The position numbers were made by a program, and so were the translations under genes. A DNA stretch of 64,000 nucleotides from Eledone cirrhosa. Lineage: Eukaryota. Where the stretch lies: the NCBI GenBank assembly GCA_964016885.1, contig OZ024741.1, positions 121,024,001-121,088,000 on the forward strand, written 5' to 3'. Position 1 is the first letter of the stretch, and every line of letters begins with the position of its first letter. The notes under the pieces were generated by a model. It was given only the letters and a program-made list of their open reading frames with translations. It did not search any database and was not told the DNA's origin. This document shows positions 13,060-26,573 of the stretch, piece after piece.

Positions 13060-13644
13060 GTAAGTATCACCATTTCCTTCCCTTTTTAATACACACTCTG
13101 TGTCATTATGATATGTTGTTGTAGGTGCAGCCATGTCTGTGTGGCTCTATCCCTCTACATGGAACCTTGAGCAAGTGTCTTTTACAATAGCTTTAGATCA
13201 ATCAATGCCCTGTAAGTGAATTTCATAGATGGAAGCTTTACTGATCTCTTTGTATAGAACATCATCATCACTATTACACACCATAACTGTGTGAGTTCAG
13301 TTTAGAATAGGTGAACCATATCACGCATTTCATAAGAAACGACAAAAGGGGTTGATGCCGAGAAAGGCATCTGGCTGTAAAACGTTGTCTCAAAAAGTCC
13401 TGATGGTTGTGATGTTGCTGATGGTGATGGTGGTGATGGTGATTATGATGAGTACGATGGTGGTGATGGCAATTATTATGATGGCAGTGATGGTGATGAT
13501 GGTGATGATGGTGACAAGGGTGATGGTAATAGTGATGATGTTGGGAGTGATGGTGGTGATGTTGCTGCTGATCTCTAAATCTACATCTTTTCTGTAGTTT
13601 TTTATTCCATATCTTCCTCACCCCTCCTCTGTTGTATCTTCCAG

Positions 13645-13715
13645 ATGTTCCAAGTAGTCCAACCAGAGAGAGCCTTATATATACAAGCTAACAACTGTGT
13701 TGAAGAGAAAGAATG
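13645..13715 (+). CDS. RASA3: RASA3-like exon, PH domain C-terminal part
   Basis: cttccag|ATG...TG|gtaaga; 71 nt, phase 0 to 2; [24 protein letters not shown], nearly identical to recalled human [24 protein letters not shown]. Confidence 0.97.
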
Positions 13716-14613
13716 GTAAGAACCTTTTCATTTCTTAATATTTCTTCATTATTCTTTTTTTTTTTCTTACCATTTACCATAACCATGTGTATTCAGTTTA
13801 GAATAAGTAGACCATATCACGCTTGTTGTAAGAAGCTACAAAATGTGTTGGTGTTAAGATGAACATCTTGGTTGTAAAACATTGTCTCAAAAAGTCCTGT
13901 CCAACTCATGCCAGCATAGAAAAGTCAGTGTAAAAACAATGGTGATGATTTAGTCAGGCAGATAAGGGTAGCACCCTTGAGCCTTTATTTTGGAGGGGGG
14001 GGGGGGGGGGGGGCTTCCAAAACTGGTGGAAGAAATGGAGAAAATTATTCTCAAACTGGAGATAATCATTTTGAAAATAATCAAGAACATAACAGAATTA
14101 TAGTGGAAGAAAATATGCTGTTTTCTATATTGGAAAGTTTTTAGATAAATATAAACACTTTAAAATAAACAACTTACTATCATAGGTGTTGAAATGACAT
14201 ACTGATCCACTAGTCATTTTTCTTCAGCCATAGTTGAAGAGAAGTGGCTGGTTTATAAAGCATGTTTTATTTCAATTAATTGATAAAAAATTTGGTGGAT
14301 TTTACTAAAATTATCAATTATTACATTATTAAGATCATGTTTGTAACGAGATTTTTATATTAAATTATGATGGAAGATTTTGGTTTTAGATAACAATAAT
14401 TTAAAGTAGGTGGTTTTATATCACAGAACCAGAGGTAGTTTTGGTAGGGTTAGTTTGAAAAATGTTAATGTGTAATTCAGTATGTAAGAGATGTATTTTT
14501 AACATTTAAATTTTAGTTGCTGGAATTAATTCATAATGTGAGACTGGCCAGGAGTTGTCTCCCCTGTTTACACCTTTCTCCAGTAACTTGTCAACATCTT
14601 ATAACAATATATA

Positions 14614-14692
14614 CAGAGTGTCCCCCAAAAATGTATACACACATTCATTATTTTGCTGTTGAAATGTGTATATATTTTTTTAGGACACCCTG
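14614..14692. mobile_element. tiny Tc1/mariner-type MITE
   Basis: TA|CAGAGTGTCCCCCAAAAATGTATACAC ... GTGTATATATTTTTTTAGGACACCCTG|TA. Confidence 0.7.
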
Positions 14693-16043
14693 TATATATA
14701 TTAATGTTTGTGTGCCGCTTATGGTTATGTTTGTGTCTGTGTTTACATCCTGTAACCTAGTGGTTCACCAATAAAAAGGTTAATAGAATAAGTACTTGGG
14801 TCGATATGATTGATCAAATCTAGGTAGTGCCCCAGCATCGTTGGCGGCTAATAACTGGAACCAGTAAAAGGATACAGCTGTATATGAATTAAAAGGGTAA
14901 GAGTAAAGCCCCCCCCCCCCCCTTTAGACACATATGATCATGGGATTTGCATCTAGAAAGTTCCCCATCTGAGGCACAAACCTGAGCAAGGTTGTTTGGT
15001 GAAGACCAGCAGTCTCCCATGCATATCGGTCTACCCTCTCTATGCCACTGAGGTTGTCCAAGGGAAAGCCAAAAGCTGATACAGTTTGAGTAAACTGAAG
15101 CAACATGAAAATTAAAGTATCTTACTCAAAGACACAACACATCACCCGGTCTTGGAATTAAACTCATAACCTCATGATTACAGGCCCAGTAATTTAACGA
15201 TTAAGCCATGTGCCCATATATGATATGCATATGTGTAATAAACATATTTTTAGTTTCGCTGTGAGTATTTCAAGTTGTGATGATGTCACAGCAACCTCAG
15301 CATCAGGGTAAGAGCAGTGGATACGTGCATTTCGCAGTCATAACTCTTTGTTAACACTCGCGTGCCTATGTTCAAATGACAAGATATGAAAGACAATATT
15401 GTCTCATAGATTTTGTGTGTGTTTGTCATATATATATATTGTATAGTGGTCGTGTAAGTATCACGACAAAAAGCAGCCAGCCCATACTGTAAAGTGGTCG
15501 TGTAGGCGTCACAACAAAAAGCACCCAGTACTCACTGTAAATGAGGTTGGCGCTAGGAAGAGCATCCAGCTGTAGAAACCAAGCCAAAATCAGTTCTATA
15601 TAAGCAAGGTATGGTCACCTGACATAGCATTGCCCACAACAGGACAACTCGTCTAACCCATACTAGCTTGGAAGAATGGACATAAAACGGTGATGATAAT
15701 ATGTACACACACACCGTACATACTTATTTATAAGTCATACCTTTTTCTATGAAAATATGACCTGAAAAACCAGCATATGTCTTATCTACTAGTATGACAT
15801 ATATACAGTAATTCATTTAAAATCAACTGGTCCAACACATGCCAACATGTGCAATGGACATAAAATGGTGGCAGTGGTGATGATGATGATGATAATGATG
15901 ATGACAATGATAATGGTAGTAATGATATGATGATGATGTGTTGATGTGAGGATGATGTGGTGATGATTTTAGTGTTGTTGACGGCGACTACGATATATTA
16001 AAAATTTGATCTAAAGGAATTTATTTTCTTTTCCATTCTTCAG

Positions 16044-16133
16044 GCTTGAATTATTGAAACAGATCTGCAATTCCAATAAAAATAGGTTAAAAAAATACCA
16101 TCCAGCTGCATATATTGGCAACCATTGGTTATG
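16044..16133 (+). CDS. RASA3: RASA3-like exon, PH helix and start of Btk zinc motif
   Basis: ttcttcag|G...TG|gtaagt; 90 nt, phase 2 to 2; LELLKQICNSNKNRLKKYHPAAYIGNHWLC. Confidence 0.96.
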
Positions 16134-16229
16134 GTAAGTTTCTTTAGAATTCTAGTTCCATCATATCTGATCCAGTTAGGAAATATCTCCTCTTTCTTGT
16201 TAGAACTAAAGTTATTATACGAAGGCTTT

Positions 16230-16560
16230 GATGATGTGTGATGTTAATGTACATGAACTGTGAAGCATGGATGAGGGAAGAGAAAAACTGAGTAGAAGAG
16301 GAAGCAGATGTAGTGTCCAAGAGAGAAGACTGCACTGGTATAGACGTGTGATACATATGATGATGATTGTTGGGTGAAAAAGTACCAGGAAATGCCAACC
16401 AGTGGAAGGAAGCTGTAGTAGAGGAAAACCAAGGAAAAACTGGGCAGTAGTAGTGAGAATGGATTGCAACACGTTAAACCTTATAGAGGAGATGCTGTGT
16501 TGGAAAAGACCTGTCCAATCTATGCAAACATGGAAAAGTGGATGTAAAAAATGATGGTGA
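16230..16560 (+). mobile_element. RTE LINE 3' fragment in the RASA3 intron between the two Btk exons
   Basis: Similar to the 3' end of the RTE copies (gatgtgtgatgttaatg...agagagaagactgcactggtat...), ending in the ATG-repeat tail. Confidence 0.75.
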
Positions 16561-16677
16561 TGAGGATGATGATAGTGGTGGTAGTAATGATAATGATATG
16601 GCGATGACTGTGGTAGTGATAATGATGGTTTTATTGATGTTAAAGTTGATGATGATGATTCTGTTTTATCCCAACAG

Positions 16678-16835
16678 CTGTAAACACACAGACTATAATG
16701 CAGAAGGATGTAAGCCTGTGTCTGGGGGACTTCAGGTGGTTGAGATCCAGGTAGATAAGATAGATGCTGACAGAGAAGTGGAAAAGATACATTCTTTGTA
16801 CTTCACAGCTATGGATAAACTGGAAGGAATGCAAG
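16678..16835 (+). CDS. RASA3: RASA3-like exon, Btk motif end and C-terminal helical region
   Basis: ccaacag|C...G|gtaaga; 158 nt, phase 2 to 1; CKHTDYNAEGCKPVSGGLQVVEIQVDKIDADREVEKIHSLYFTAMDKLEGMQ completes the H-CC-C Btk zinc ligands. Confidence 0.95.
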
Positions 16836-18937
16836 GTAAGATACTTTGTAGACAATAATTATTAATATTAACTAATAATATTAACTACTAGGCATGTGGC
16901 TTAGTGGTTAGAGAAGTGGATTCACAATCGTGAGGTTGCAAGTTCGATTCTTGGGTCGTGCGACGTGTTATGTCACTATATTTCATGTAGCTCCTTCTGC
17001 CGGTAGTTGTGACCAATAAATAGTATCAGCAATGGAAACATTTGATAAAATGAAATACCAGTGAAATACTGGAGTTAATTTAATTGACTTTTCCTCCCCA
17101 TCATTAACCCTTTTGACACCAACCTGCCTGGAATTGCCCATAGGTTTTATGATACAAAACGTCTTATTTTAAAGTGTTCATTTTTTAAATTAAAACCTTC
17201 TATCATTAAATTATGTAAGGACCATTTTGTAAGTTCCTAGTGGTAAAGGTGTTGGACTTATGATCATAATGTCATGGCTTCAATTTCTGGACTGGGATGT
17301 GTATTGTGTTCTTGGACAAAATACTTCATATTGTTCCAGTATACTCAGTTGAAAATGAGTACCAGCAATAGCTGGGGGTTTAACCCTGTGATGGACTGCT
17401 GTCCTGTCCAGGGGTAAGTCTTGTACTCTCACTCGCTTCACACCATGGAAACTGGGATAAACACTGGCCTGATGAGGCTCCAGGCTCAAGACAAACTTTA
17501 GACTTTTTTTTTTCAAAACACCACCATCATTATCATCACCATCATCACTACTGTTTAACATCCATTTTTCATGCTTGCATGGGTTAGACAGGTTGTCACA
17601 TTATATGGCCAGGAAAATTCGGTGACCACACCCTTCTCATATGCTTTGCTTTCGGCTTTGGTTTTCTATGGCCGTCTAACCCATGCTAGAGTGGAAAACG
17701 GGCGTTAAACGATGATGATGATGATGCCATTCCTAATGCCAACCATTTTACAGAGTGGACTGGGAGCTTTTTGTTGGAGCACCAGCATGACACTCTTACA
17801 CATCATCAGCATCATCACAAAACACACCTGTTTTTCATGCCCACCTTGGCCGGATGGGCTGTCATGCTCTGAGACTTGTTCAGGCATAGGGAGGTGGGAG
17901 GGGAGCAGGATATATGCCAATTGTTGAGTGGGTAGTGGACGAAGAGACATCTCATCGTGGAAGAAGAGAGTGCTACTTCATTATGAGGGTGACCCTGAAG
18001 TAAATGGGTGGTGTCTGACATACCTGAATTTTCATGTTGGACAGGAAAGGTGAGTGTGGGGGGAAGGGGATGGTTCATGAGCTGGACGGTGAAGTTCCAT
18101 CTGAGTAGTTTTGCTTGTCCTAGCTTTCCACACTGGCATGGTTTGAGGTTTGGTGAGGAAGGGGAAGAGAAGGGTATGACCAGTGGTCTAACAGGTTGTG
18201 GGTGGGGGTGGATAGGGTGTGTGTCAAATGGAAATTAGGGATGGTGGACATGAGTTGGATGAGGGAAGTAAATCAAAGAAGGTCTGCTCTAGCTTTCCAT
18301 GTTGGCATGGGTTCGATGAGGAAAGAGGGTGGGGGAAGAAGTGTATGAGTGGGTAGGGACTAACAGGGGGTTTTAAACAGGAAAATTGGGAGTACACTGG
18401 CAGGCAGGGACCTAAAATGTCTCGCCTAACTACTTCTTTGAGTTTAAGGTGGGGAAGGTGAGCATGAAGGGAGCCAGGAACCATATTGGTTGGTGGTATT
18501 GGGCATCTTATTCAAACTCATTTCACCTTCTGCAGTATGGTTTGTCACCTGCCATCTTGATTCTGGGTCATCTCCTTTGTGAGGTTCAGCTGTGTAAGGT
18601 TAGCCTTCACAACATTGTTCCAAGTTTCCTACGTCTTCTCATCCCATGAGTTATTTTACTAAATACCACCAGTCATCTTGATTATTTTCAAAATTAATTG
18701 AAACATTTAACTAAAGATATGGTAATAGTAACTGTGCAATAACTTTAAAATGTTGCTCTGCAGTCATCATCATCATTACTGTCATCATCACCATTTTACG
18801 CCCATTCTTCCATGCTAGCATGGGTTAGACGGGTTGTCCCATTAGAGGCAAGTTAGGTCAGGTGACCGTGTCTAGCTCATATAGAACTGTTTCTGGCTTG
18901 GTTTCTACAGTTGGATGCCCTTCCTAATGCCAACCGC

Positions 18938-19250
18938 ATTTACAGTGTAGTCTGGGTGCTTTTTGTTGTGACACCTACACAACCACTTTACAGTGTGTGC
19001 TGGGGGCTTTTTGTCGTGACACCTACACGACCACTTTACAGTGTGGGCTGGGTGCTTTTTGTCGTGACACCTACACAACCACTTCATAGTGTGGGCTGGG
19101 TGCTTTTTGTCGTGACACCTACACGACCACTTTACAGTGTGGGCTGGGTGCTTTTTGTCGTGACACCTACACGACCACTTTACAGTGTGGGCTGGGTGCT
19201 TTTTGTCGTGACACCTACACAACCACTTTATAGTGTGGGCTGGGTGCTTG
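18938..19250. repeat. 48-bp tandem repeat (about 6.5 units) inside a SINE-related element
   Basis: tttacagtgtgggctgggtgctttttgtcgtgacacctacacgaccac. Confidence 0.92.
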
Positions 19251-20628
19251 CTGTGCAGTAACTTTGAACTGTTGCCACTCAATAGCTTTGAAATGATGCT
19301 GTGCAGTAGCTTTGACATGTTGTTTTACTTTGCTTTTTATCCTTATGAGGTTGATAAAATAAAGTACCTGTCAAGTACTGGATTTGAGATAAGCGACTTT
19401 CCCTTCTCCCATCAAACTGTTGGTCTCGTGCCTAAATTAGAAACTATTGATCAACTGAATTAGTCGACAACATCCCAGACTTCATTCACTTACCAAGTGG
19501 GGTAGAACTCGTCAAATTAGACCAAGGAAACTTCCATTGCTGATACTATCTACTGGGCACAGCTCCTGGCAGAAGTAGCCATGTGGAATAAAGTGTCTTG
19601 CTCAAGGACATAATGCATGTCCCGGTCCTGAAATCGAACTCACAACCTCACAATTGCAAATCCAATTCTCTAATCATTAAACCACACACCTATTATTAAA
19701 TTGAAAGTTATTTATTTCACTAACTCTCTCATAATTCTTGATTATCAAAACAGCAAAGCAGTATATTCTTGTTTGAATTATGGTCAAAATAGGGTTAATA
19801 CAAATTAATATATTCCAAAAAAAATCTAAATGATCTTTTTTCTTCCATCAAATCATCATAACCATCATCTTCACCACCACCATCATTTCATTTTATTAAC
19901 ATCTTAACTCTTAATATCCTGTACCAAATGAAACCACATTAGCAAGACATTCTTGAAAAATACAAAATAGCATTATGACTGCATCACATAAAAAATTAAA
20001 GCCTTTAGTTTACAGAAGATTTTCACAGTGATAAGAACATTAGCAATATACTATAAACATTTGAATAAACAAACCACATGAAATCACATTAGCAAGACAT
20101 TCTTGAAAAGTACAATATTATGACTGCATCACATTAAAAATTAACCCTTTACCCTTTACTCTATATTTACTATTGTATTTTCACAGTAAACACTTTACCT
20201 CACATAATATTGAATCTATGAGATTTCAATATTATTTATTTTGAGAACAATACCTTAACATAACTTATGGGGTTAAAGTCTTTACTCTATCTATAATAAT
20301 AATAATGAAATTATTGTGTACAGTGCTCAGGTGCACTACAACTCATCAAAGGTGCATGTATAGTACATAGAATAATGTACAAATGTCAGGAAAATGAACA
20401 GTGTATGAGTCATGATATAATAACAACAACAATAATAGCACAGCAATTTTTTTTACAACAATCTGTCCACTAGTAAAAACACTATAAACATTTGAATCAA
20501 ACCATTTGTTTTTAGACATTTATTTGCTAAATCATTACATGATGTTAAGAGTTAATAAATTATCTATAATAAAGAAAACATTTTTTAAATCACTTTTTTT
20601 GAGATATGTGCTTTTTACTTGCATGCAG

Positions 20629-20649
20629 CTAAAAGGAAGTCTATTCTAG
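20629..20649 (+). CDS. RASA3: candidate alternative 21-nt microexon of RASA3 (adds AKRKSIL)
   Basis: gtgctttttacttgcatgcag|CTAAAAGGAAGTCTATTCTAG|gtaagg; length divisible by 3 and stop-free in phase 1, matching the flanking exons. Confidence 0.6.
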   Translation, partial: LKGSLF

Positions 20650-20685
20650 GTAAGGAATGTCACCTGATTGAATGAAGAATCAATC

Positions 20686-20720
<35 letters not shown>

Positions 20721-22364
20721 AAATAATAAAGAGTTGAAGATACACCTCAGGTTTTTCTTATATATACTTGCAAATTTACAGTACACAACAAAAATATATT
20801 AAATGTATTATTTCATACAAAATAGTTTTTTTTTTAATGTAACCTTGAAAAGTATACTTTGAAAAACTAACCATAGCTGAAACTGGTCAGTACAACAAGA
20901 ATTGAATAACCATAGTTCTTTTTGTACCCCCACCCCCACCCTTTAAAAACAACAACACAAATTTACTCTGTATGAATGTAATGTGGTTGGTGTTAGGAAG
21001 GGCATCCAGCTGTAGAAACCAAGTCAAAATATAGATCTGTATGAGCATGGTTTGGTCTCTGGACCTGACTTTTCTCATAATGTGATAATCCATGCGGAAA
21101 ATGGACGTTAAACGACGATGATGATGAACAGATTTCATTTTGTTTTGTACTGTAAATTAGCATGTTTATATAACAAAATATTAGTTGTATTTTAACTCTT
21201 TATTGATATTTTTCATATATAACATAATTTGTACAGAATTCTTTAATTTTCAAACCTTTTAATTTTTTCACTTCACATTCACAAACACATATATGTTCAA
21301 ATATATTCTCACACTTGATGTGTGCAAAATAAATGGATGTAGCAGCTTTTGTGATTTAGTACTTATTGTTTAGTTTATTTACTCCTATTTTTTTTTTTTC
21401 CAATTCTTTAGTCATGTTTTTTAAATTGTTTGTTGACTTGTAGGAAGTTAGTTTTGTGTCTGCACTATTTTCATAAAACAAAAAAAAACAATAACAAAAA
21501 CAAAAACAAACCAACATACAAACAAAAAGAAAAAGAAAGAAGCTGATGTAAAATGATGATGATGGTATTATGTATATGTGTGTGTATGTAAGTATATATG
21601 TATAAGAGTGCAGAGAGTAACCTGTCATGCACACTTTGTGTGTTAGCTACTTTTCCACCCTAATGGGTAGCATGAGTTAGGTGTTTTTTATTTAACTTTT
21701 TTTCTAAATGATTCTTTTAACCCTTTAGCATTACGTTACTCTATATATACTATTGTATTTTCACGGTTAACACTTTATTTTACATAATTATCTCATATAA
21801 TAATGAATCTATGAGATTTTGATATTATTTATTTTGAGAACATAAGTATGAGCTGCCAGTTATGGCCGGTTTGAACAGAAAGAGGTGACAGAATTCTGGC
21901 TGGATATGGCCAGTTTAAAGGCTAAAGTGTTAAAGCAAATTTTGTTTTTTCTAAATAATTTTTTAAAACGAAATTAAAACATTCAGTCCTACTCCCTAGC
22001 ACAGCTAACTTTAAATGGTGGATGGTAGATTTTTATACTGTTTATTACTTCACCAATGGAGAGGCAAATGTCAGAGACATGTGAACTGTGGCAACCTAAA
22101 TAATATAAATTTCTGATTTAGGCACAAGGTTAATAATTTTGAAGGAGGGGAAAGTCGATTAAATCAACCCAGTGCGTTGCTGGTACTTTATTTTATCAAA
22201 CCTGTAAGGATGAAAGGCAAAGCTAACCTTGGCGGGATTTGAACTCGGGATGAAAAGGGCCGTAACTCAATGCAGCAAAGCATGTTGTCTGACATTGTCC
22301 TATATTAATATAATAGACAGTTATTTGAAAAACTTAATGTAATGGCACAATAACTGTAGTTGGG

Positions 22365-22862
22365 CCTGGGCAAAGCTGGTAAGAGGTCTAAGACAAATGT
22401 AAAATGTAAGGCCTCAACAACAAAGCTGATAATATGCCTAGACAGATGTGAAATGTAAGCTCTCAAAACTGCTAACAGTCTCAGGCCAAATGTGAAATGT
22501 AGGCTCTTACAAAGCTGGTAAATGGACCCAGGTCAGATGTGAAATGTAGGTTACAAAAGCTGGTAATCGACTCAGGTCAGATGTGAAATGTAGGCTACCA
22601 AAGTTGGTAATAGACTTAGGTCATATGTGAAATGTAGGTTACAAAAGCTGGTAATAGATCCAGGTCAGATGTGAAATGTAGGTTACCAAAGCTGGTAATA
22701 GATCCAGGTCAGATGTGAAATGTAGGCTCCCACAAAGCTGGCAATAGACTCAGGACTGATGTGAAATGTAGGTTCCCACAAAGATGGTAATAGACCCAAG
22801 TCAAATGTAAAATGAGGACTGACAAATCTTGTAGTAGGGAGGCCAGATGTGAAGTGTAGGCC
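22365..22862. repeat. minisatellite of about 40 bp (about 12 units)
   Basis: caggtcagatgtgaaatgtaggttac(a/c)aaagctggtaatagac. Confidence 0.9.
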
Positions 22863-23199
22863 ATCATTTCAAACTACTCATTAAGTGTTTTAGTAATCAG
22901 TATTAAATACATATGATTTTTATATGGGTTACAGGTGTACATATATTTATATGTAGTGTACATGATGTACTTACAGGTATAAAATTAATAGAATGATTTA
23001 TAAAAGAGGTAATTTTTATCAGAGGAACTGCTCATCCTTTGTTTTTAACAGTGAAAGCCTTCAAAATCGAAGTTCCATGCCAATTAGTTCACTTAGTCTA
23101 CCTGATCCTGTATTTGTTTTGATTTTGGTCTAATAGAATTTTCAAGAGCCCCAAACTACTCATTGTTATTGTGCTTATTGTATATATTTAATATTCCAG

Positions 23200-23380
23200 A
23201 TGCCTGTGCCAGTCAAGAGGTTTACACAGGTGACAGTGAACTTCCAGCGTCAATGCATATTGAAGACACAAAAAGTTGTTTTGAGACACTAAACAGCATA
23301 TTATCATGTGTTATAAAGCTGGAACAGGAGCATAAGCAATATAAGAAAACCCTTCAGAAGCAAACAATCAAAGGTTCATG
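23200..23380 (+). CDS. RASA3: RASA3-like penultimate coding exon
   Basis: attccag|AT...TG|gtaagt; 181 nt, phase 1 to 2; DACASQEVYTGDSELPASMHIEDTKSCFETLNSILSCVIKLEQEHKQYKKTLQKQTIKGS (compare [20 protein letters not shown]). Confidence 0.95.
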
Positions 23381-23872
23381 GTAAGTGGTCCTTCACTCTT
23401 CTGCTATCAACCCACCTGAATCCACTTCTGGGTTTATGATACAAAATAGTTTGTTTTTACATGTTTATATTTATTTCAAAACCTTCCATCACAATACTGC
23501 AAATTTTCACAACAATCTGTCCACTAGTAAAGATACTATAAACATTTAAATTAACAAACTGTTTTTAGATATTTTCTGCTAAATCATTAAAAGATGTTAA
23601 AAGATAATATAATTAAATTTAAGTAATAATACTGTACAATTTCACACCAATCTGTCCACTAATAAAGGTACTATAAACATTAATGTAACAAATATATTTT
23701 TAGATATTTTCTGCTGAATCATTACAGGATGTTAAGAGATAATACTGCAAATTTTCACACCAATCTATTTTTAGTAAAGATACTATAAAGACTTGAATTA
23801 ACAAACTTTTTAGATATTTTTTTCAAAACCATTACAAGATGTTAAGAATTAATTTATATTTTTAATTTCCAG

Positions 23873-23936
23873 TGAGGCACCGTTTGGTGATGAGAAATAT
23901 ACAGATGTTCAATGCTGTGACAATCTTCGGCATTAG
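23873..23936 (+). CDS. RASA3: RASA3-like last coding exon, ending in TAG
   Basis: atttccag|T GAG GCA CCG TTT GGT GAT ... CAT TAG; phase 2; (C)EAPFGDEKYTDVQCCDNLRH* (compare EHPIGDKSF). Confidence 0.88.
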
Positions 23937-24272
23937 GTAAACACATCATCATCATCATCACACAGTACTGTACAAATGTTGGGGTACAATATCACTCACA
24001 TTATATATACACATATGTATATACTATGTATATACATATGTATGTATCTATATATGATTCTGTGTTGGGATACAATGTCATTCACATTATGCATACACAT
24101 GTGCATATATACTACATATATATATATGTATGTATGTATGCATATATGATTCTCTGTTGGGATACAGTGTCACATTATACATACTCGTGTATATATACTA
24201 TGTATATATATGTATATATGTGTTTATGATTCTATGTTGGGATACAATGTCACATCATATATACACATGTGT

Positions 24273-24317
<45 letters not shown>

Positions 24318-24340
24318 TATGTATGTACAACTCTATGTTG

Positions 24341-24397
<57 letters not shown>

Positions 24398-25090
24398 CAT
24401 ATATATATTATATACACACACACACATGCAATATATGTGTATGTATATATGTGTATGAAGACTATTGAAATGAAAATGCCAACACATATGAAGACTTTGT
24501 GGAATGGAACGGTATTTGTTATACAATTATCTCCATTCAAGTATTGGTTGGCTAACTGGCTGAATGGTTGATTATTAGTTAATTGGCTTATTGCCCAATT
24601 AGTTGATCATTTGATTGTTTGATTGACTGGTTGGTGAATTGGTTGATTGGCTAATTCATTTATTGGCTGGTTGGTGAATGGATTGATTATTTTATTGATT
24701 AATTGGTTGATTAGCAAACTGGCTGATTGACAAAAGTCGTTAGTCAATCTAATGACAAAGACAGAAATAAATACCAGGTTACCAGTGTACGAGGGTATCA
24801 AGGTACCAGAGTATGAGGGTGCCAGTGTACCAGGGTACAAGGGTACCAGTTTATTGGTACCATTGTACCAGGCTACCAAGACTCCCTTCCTTTGATTAGA
24901 GAGTATGAAGGTGGACAGATAACCTCATGTACCACTTGCTGAAAAAAGAAAAAAACCAAACAAACAAGAAGGTAAAGATAATACAATTTAAAGAAAATGA
25001 AGGGCAAATGAAGAAACAAACAAATTTAAATAATAAATGAAATATTGAATATTAAAATTATAATTAAAAAATACAGAAACAGACAGTCAG

Positions 25091-25131
<41 letters not shown>

Positions 25132-25165
25132 ATATATATGTGTATACGTATATACATGTGTATAC

Positions 25166-25225
<60 letters not shown>

Positions 25226-25882
25226 TTGATGGCTGAGGGAAAGGAGTACTCAATACCAAAGTAGAGTTTTAATATTCATTTATATTATAGCTAAAAAGTG
25301 AATTTTGTTACTCTGGAGTTTCACCTGTTTGTCACAGGGGTCATTAGATGACAAGATTCACTTGTTAGTCTTGATATAAATGAATATATATATATATATA
25401 TATATATATTCATATATATGAGAGAGAGAAAGAGAAAATATTGTTCTTGGCTTTGCCTACTTCCAGCAAGTACATAAAATCAAAAAACAAAAAAAAACAA
25501 AACATTTCAGTGCATGCAACAACCATTTGATTGGTTGGTCGCCCCAGCCCCATCCATCTTTTATTTTTTATTTTTTTTAAAATGAAATTTTTATGTTTCA
25601 AGGAAAGTGAATTGGCCTTGTTGTTAGAGCATTGGCATTTGTTGTGGCTCTGTGTGCCCTGCGTTCAAATCCTGCCTAGGTCAATTTCACCTTTCATTCT
25701 TGTGAGTCGATAAATTAAGTACAAGTCAACAGTGGACGGATGGTTAATTGACAGAATTGTTTAAAGTGGTATCTGTTTTTGTGGTATCTGTTCTAGTTCT
25801 GTGTGTTTTTAGTTTAAATCCCGCCTTTTGTTGCAGGAAAATAGCTCCTCTGTTATATATATATATATATATATATATATAG

Positions 25883-25917
<35 letters not shown>

Positions 25918-25922
25918 CAGGG

Positions 25923-25965
<43 letters not shown>

Positions 25966-26530
25966 TCTGCCAAGAGTTGCAGCCAGTTGGCAGTATCAGC
26001 AAAGGAAAGACCAAAAGAAACAGTTTTTTTCTTGTCTGATCAGCTCCTCTTTTTTGCCTTTCATATTATTATTTTTTTTAATCAAAAAACATTATGTCCA
26101 TCTCTTTCATGCTTGGCTAGCTTTTATTTAATCGTCCTACCCACCAACATTTTATACCTGCATACTTACCTGTTTATTGATATCAAAGTACATTGTGGGT
26201 CTATTAACAACTAGCACAGCAGATTAAAAAAAAACAAACTTTTTCTTCAACTCTTTTTCTTCTGTTCATGTGATCCTAATGTTATTTCCTTCACACTGCC
26301 ATAATAATAATAATGATTTCTAGTATAGGCACAAGGCCAGTAATTTTGGGGGAGGGGAAAGTTGATTAAATCGACCCCAGTTCGTTACTGGTGCTTTATT
26401 TTATCGACCCTGTAAGGATGAAAGACAAAGCTAACTATGGCGGGATTTGAACTCAGAACGGAAAGCTTTGTAATTCAATGCTGCAAAGCATATTGTCCGA
26501 TGCTCTACTGATACTACCAATCTGCTGCCC

Positions 26531-26573
<43 letters not shown>

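Noticed and set aside
18905-19318. Repetitive Cys/His ORF (KWSCRCHDKKHPAHTV)n and CRISPR-like periodicity
   Set aside because: 48-bp head-to-tail minisatellite with no unique spacers, inside a SINE-related element; eukaryotic context and no cas genes.
22365-22862. Regularly spaced repeats as a CRISPR array
   Set aside because: Contiguous degenerate tandem units without unique spacers.
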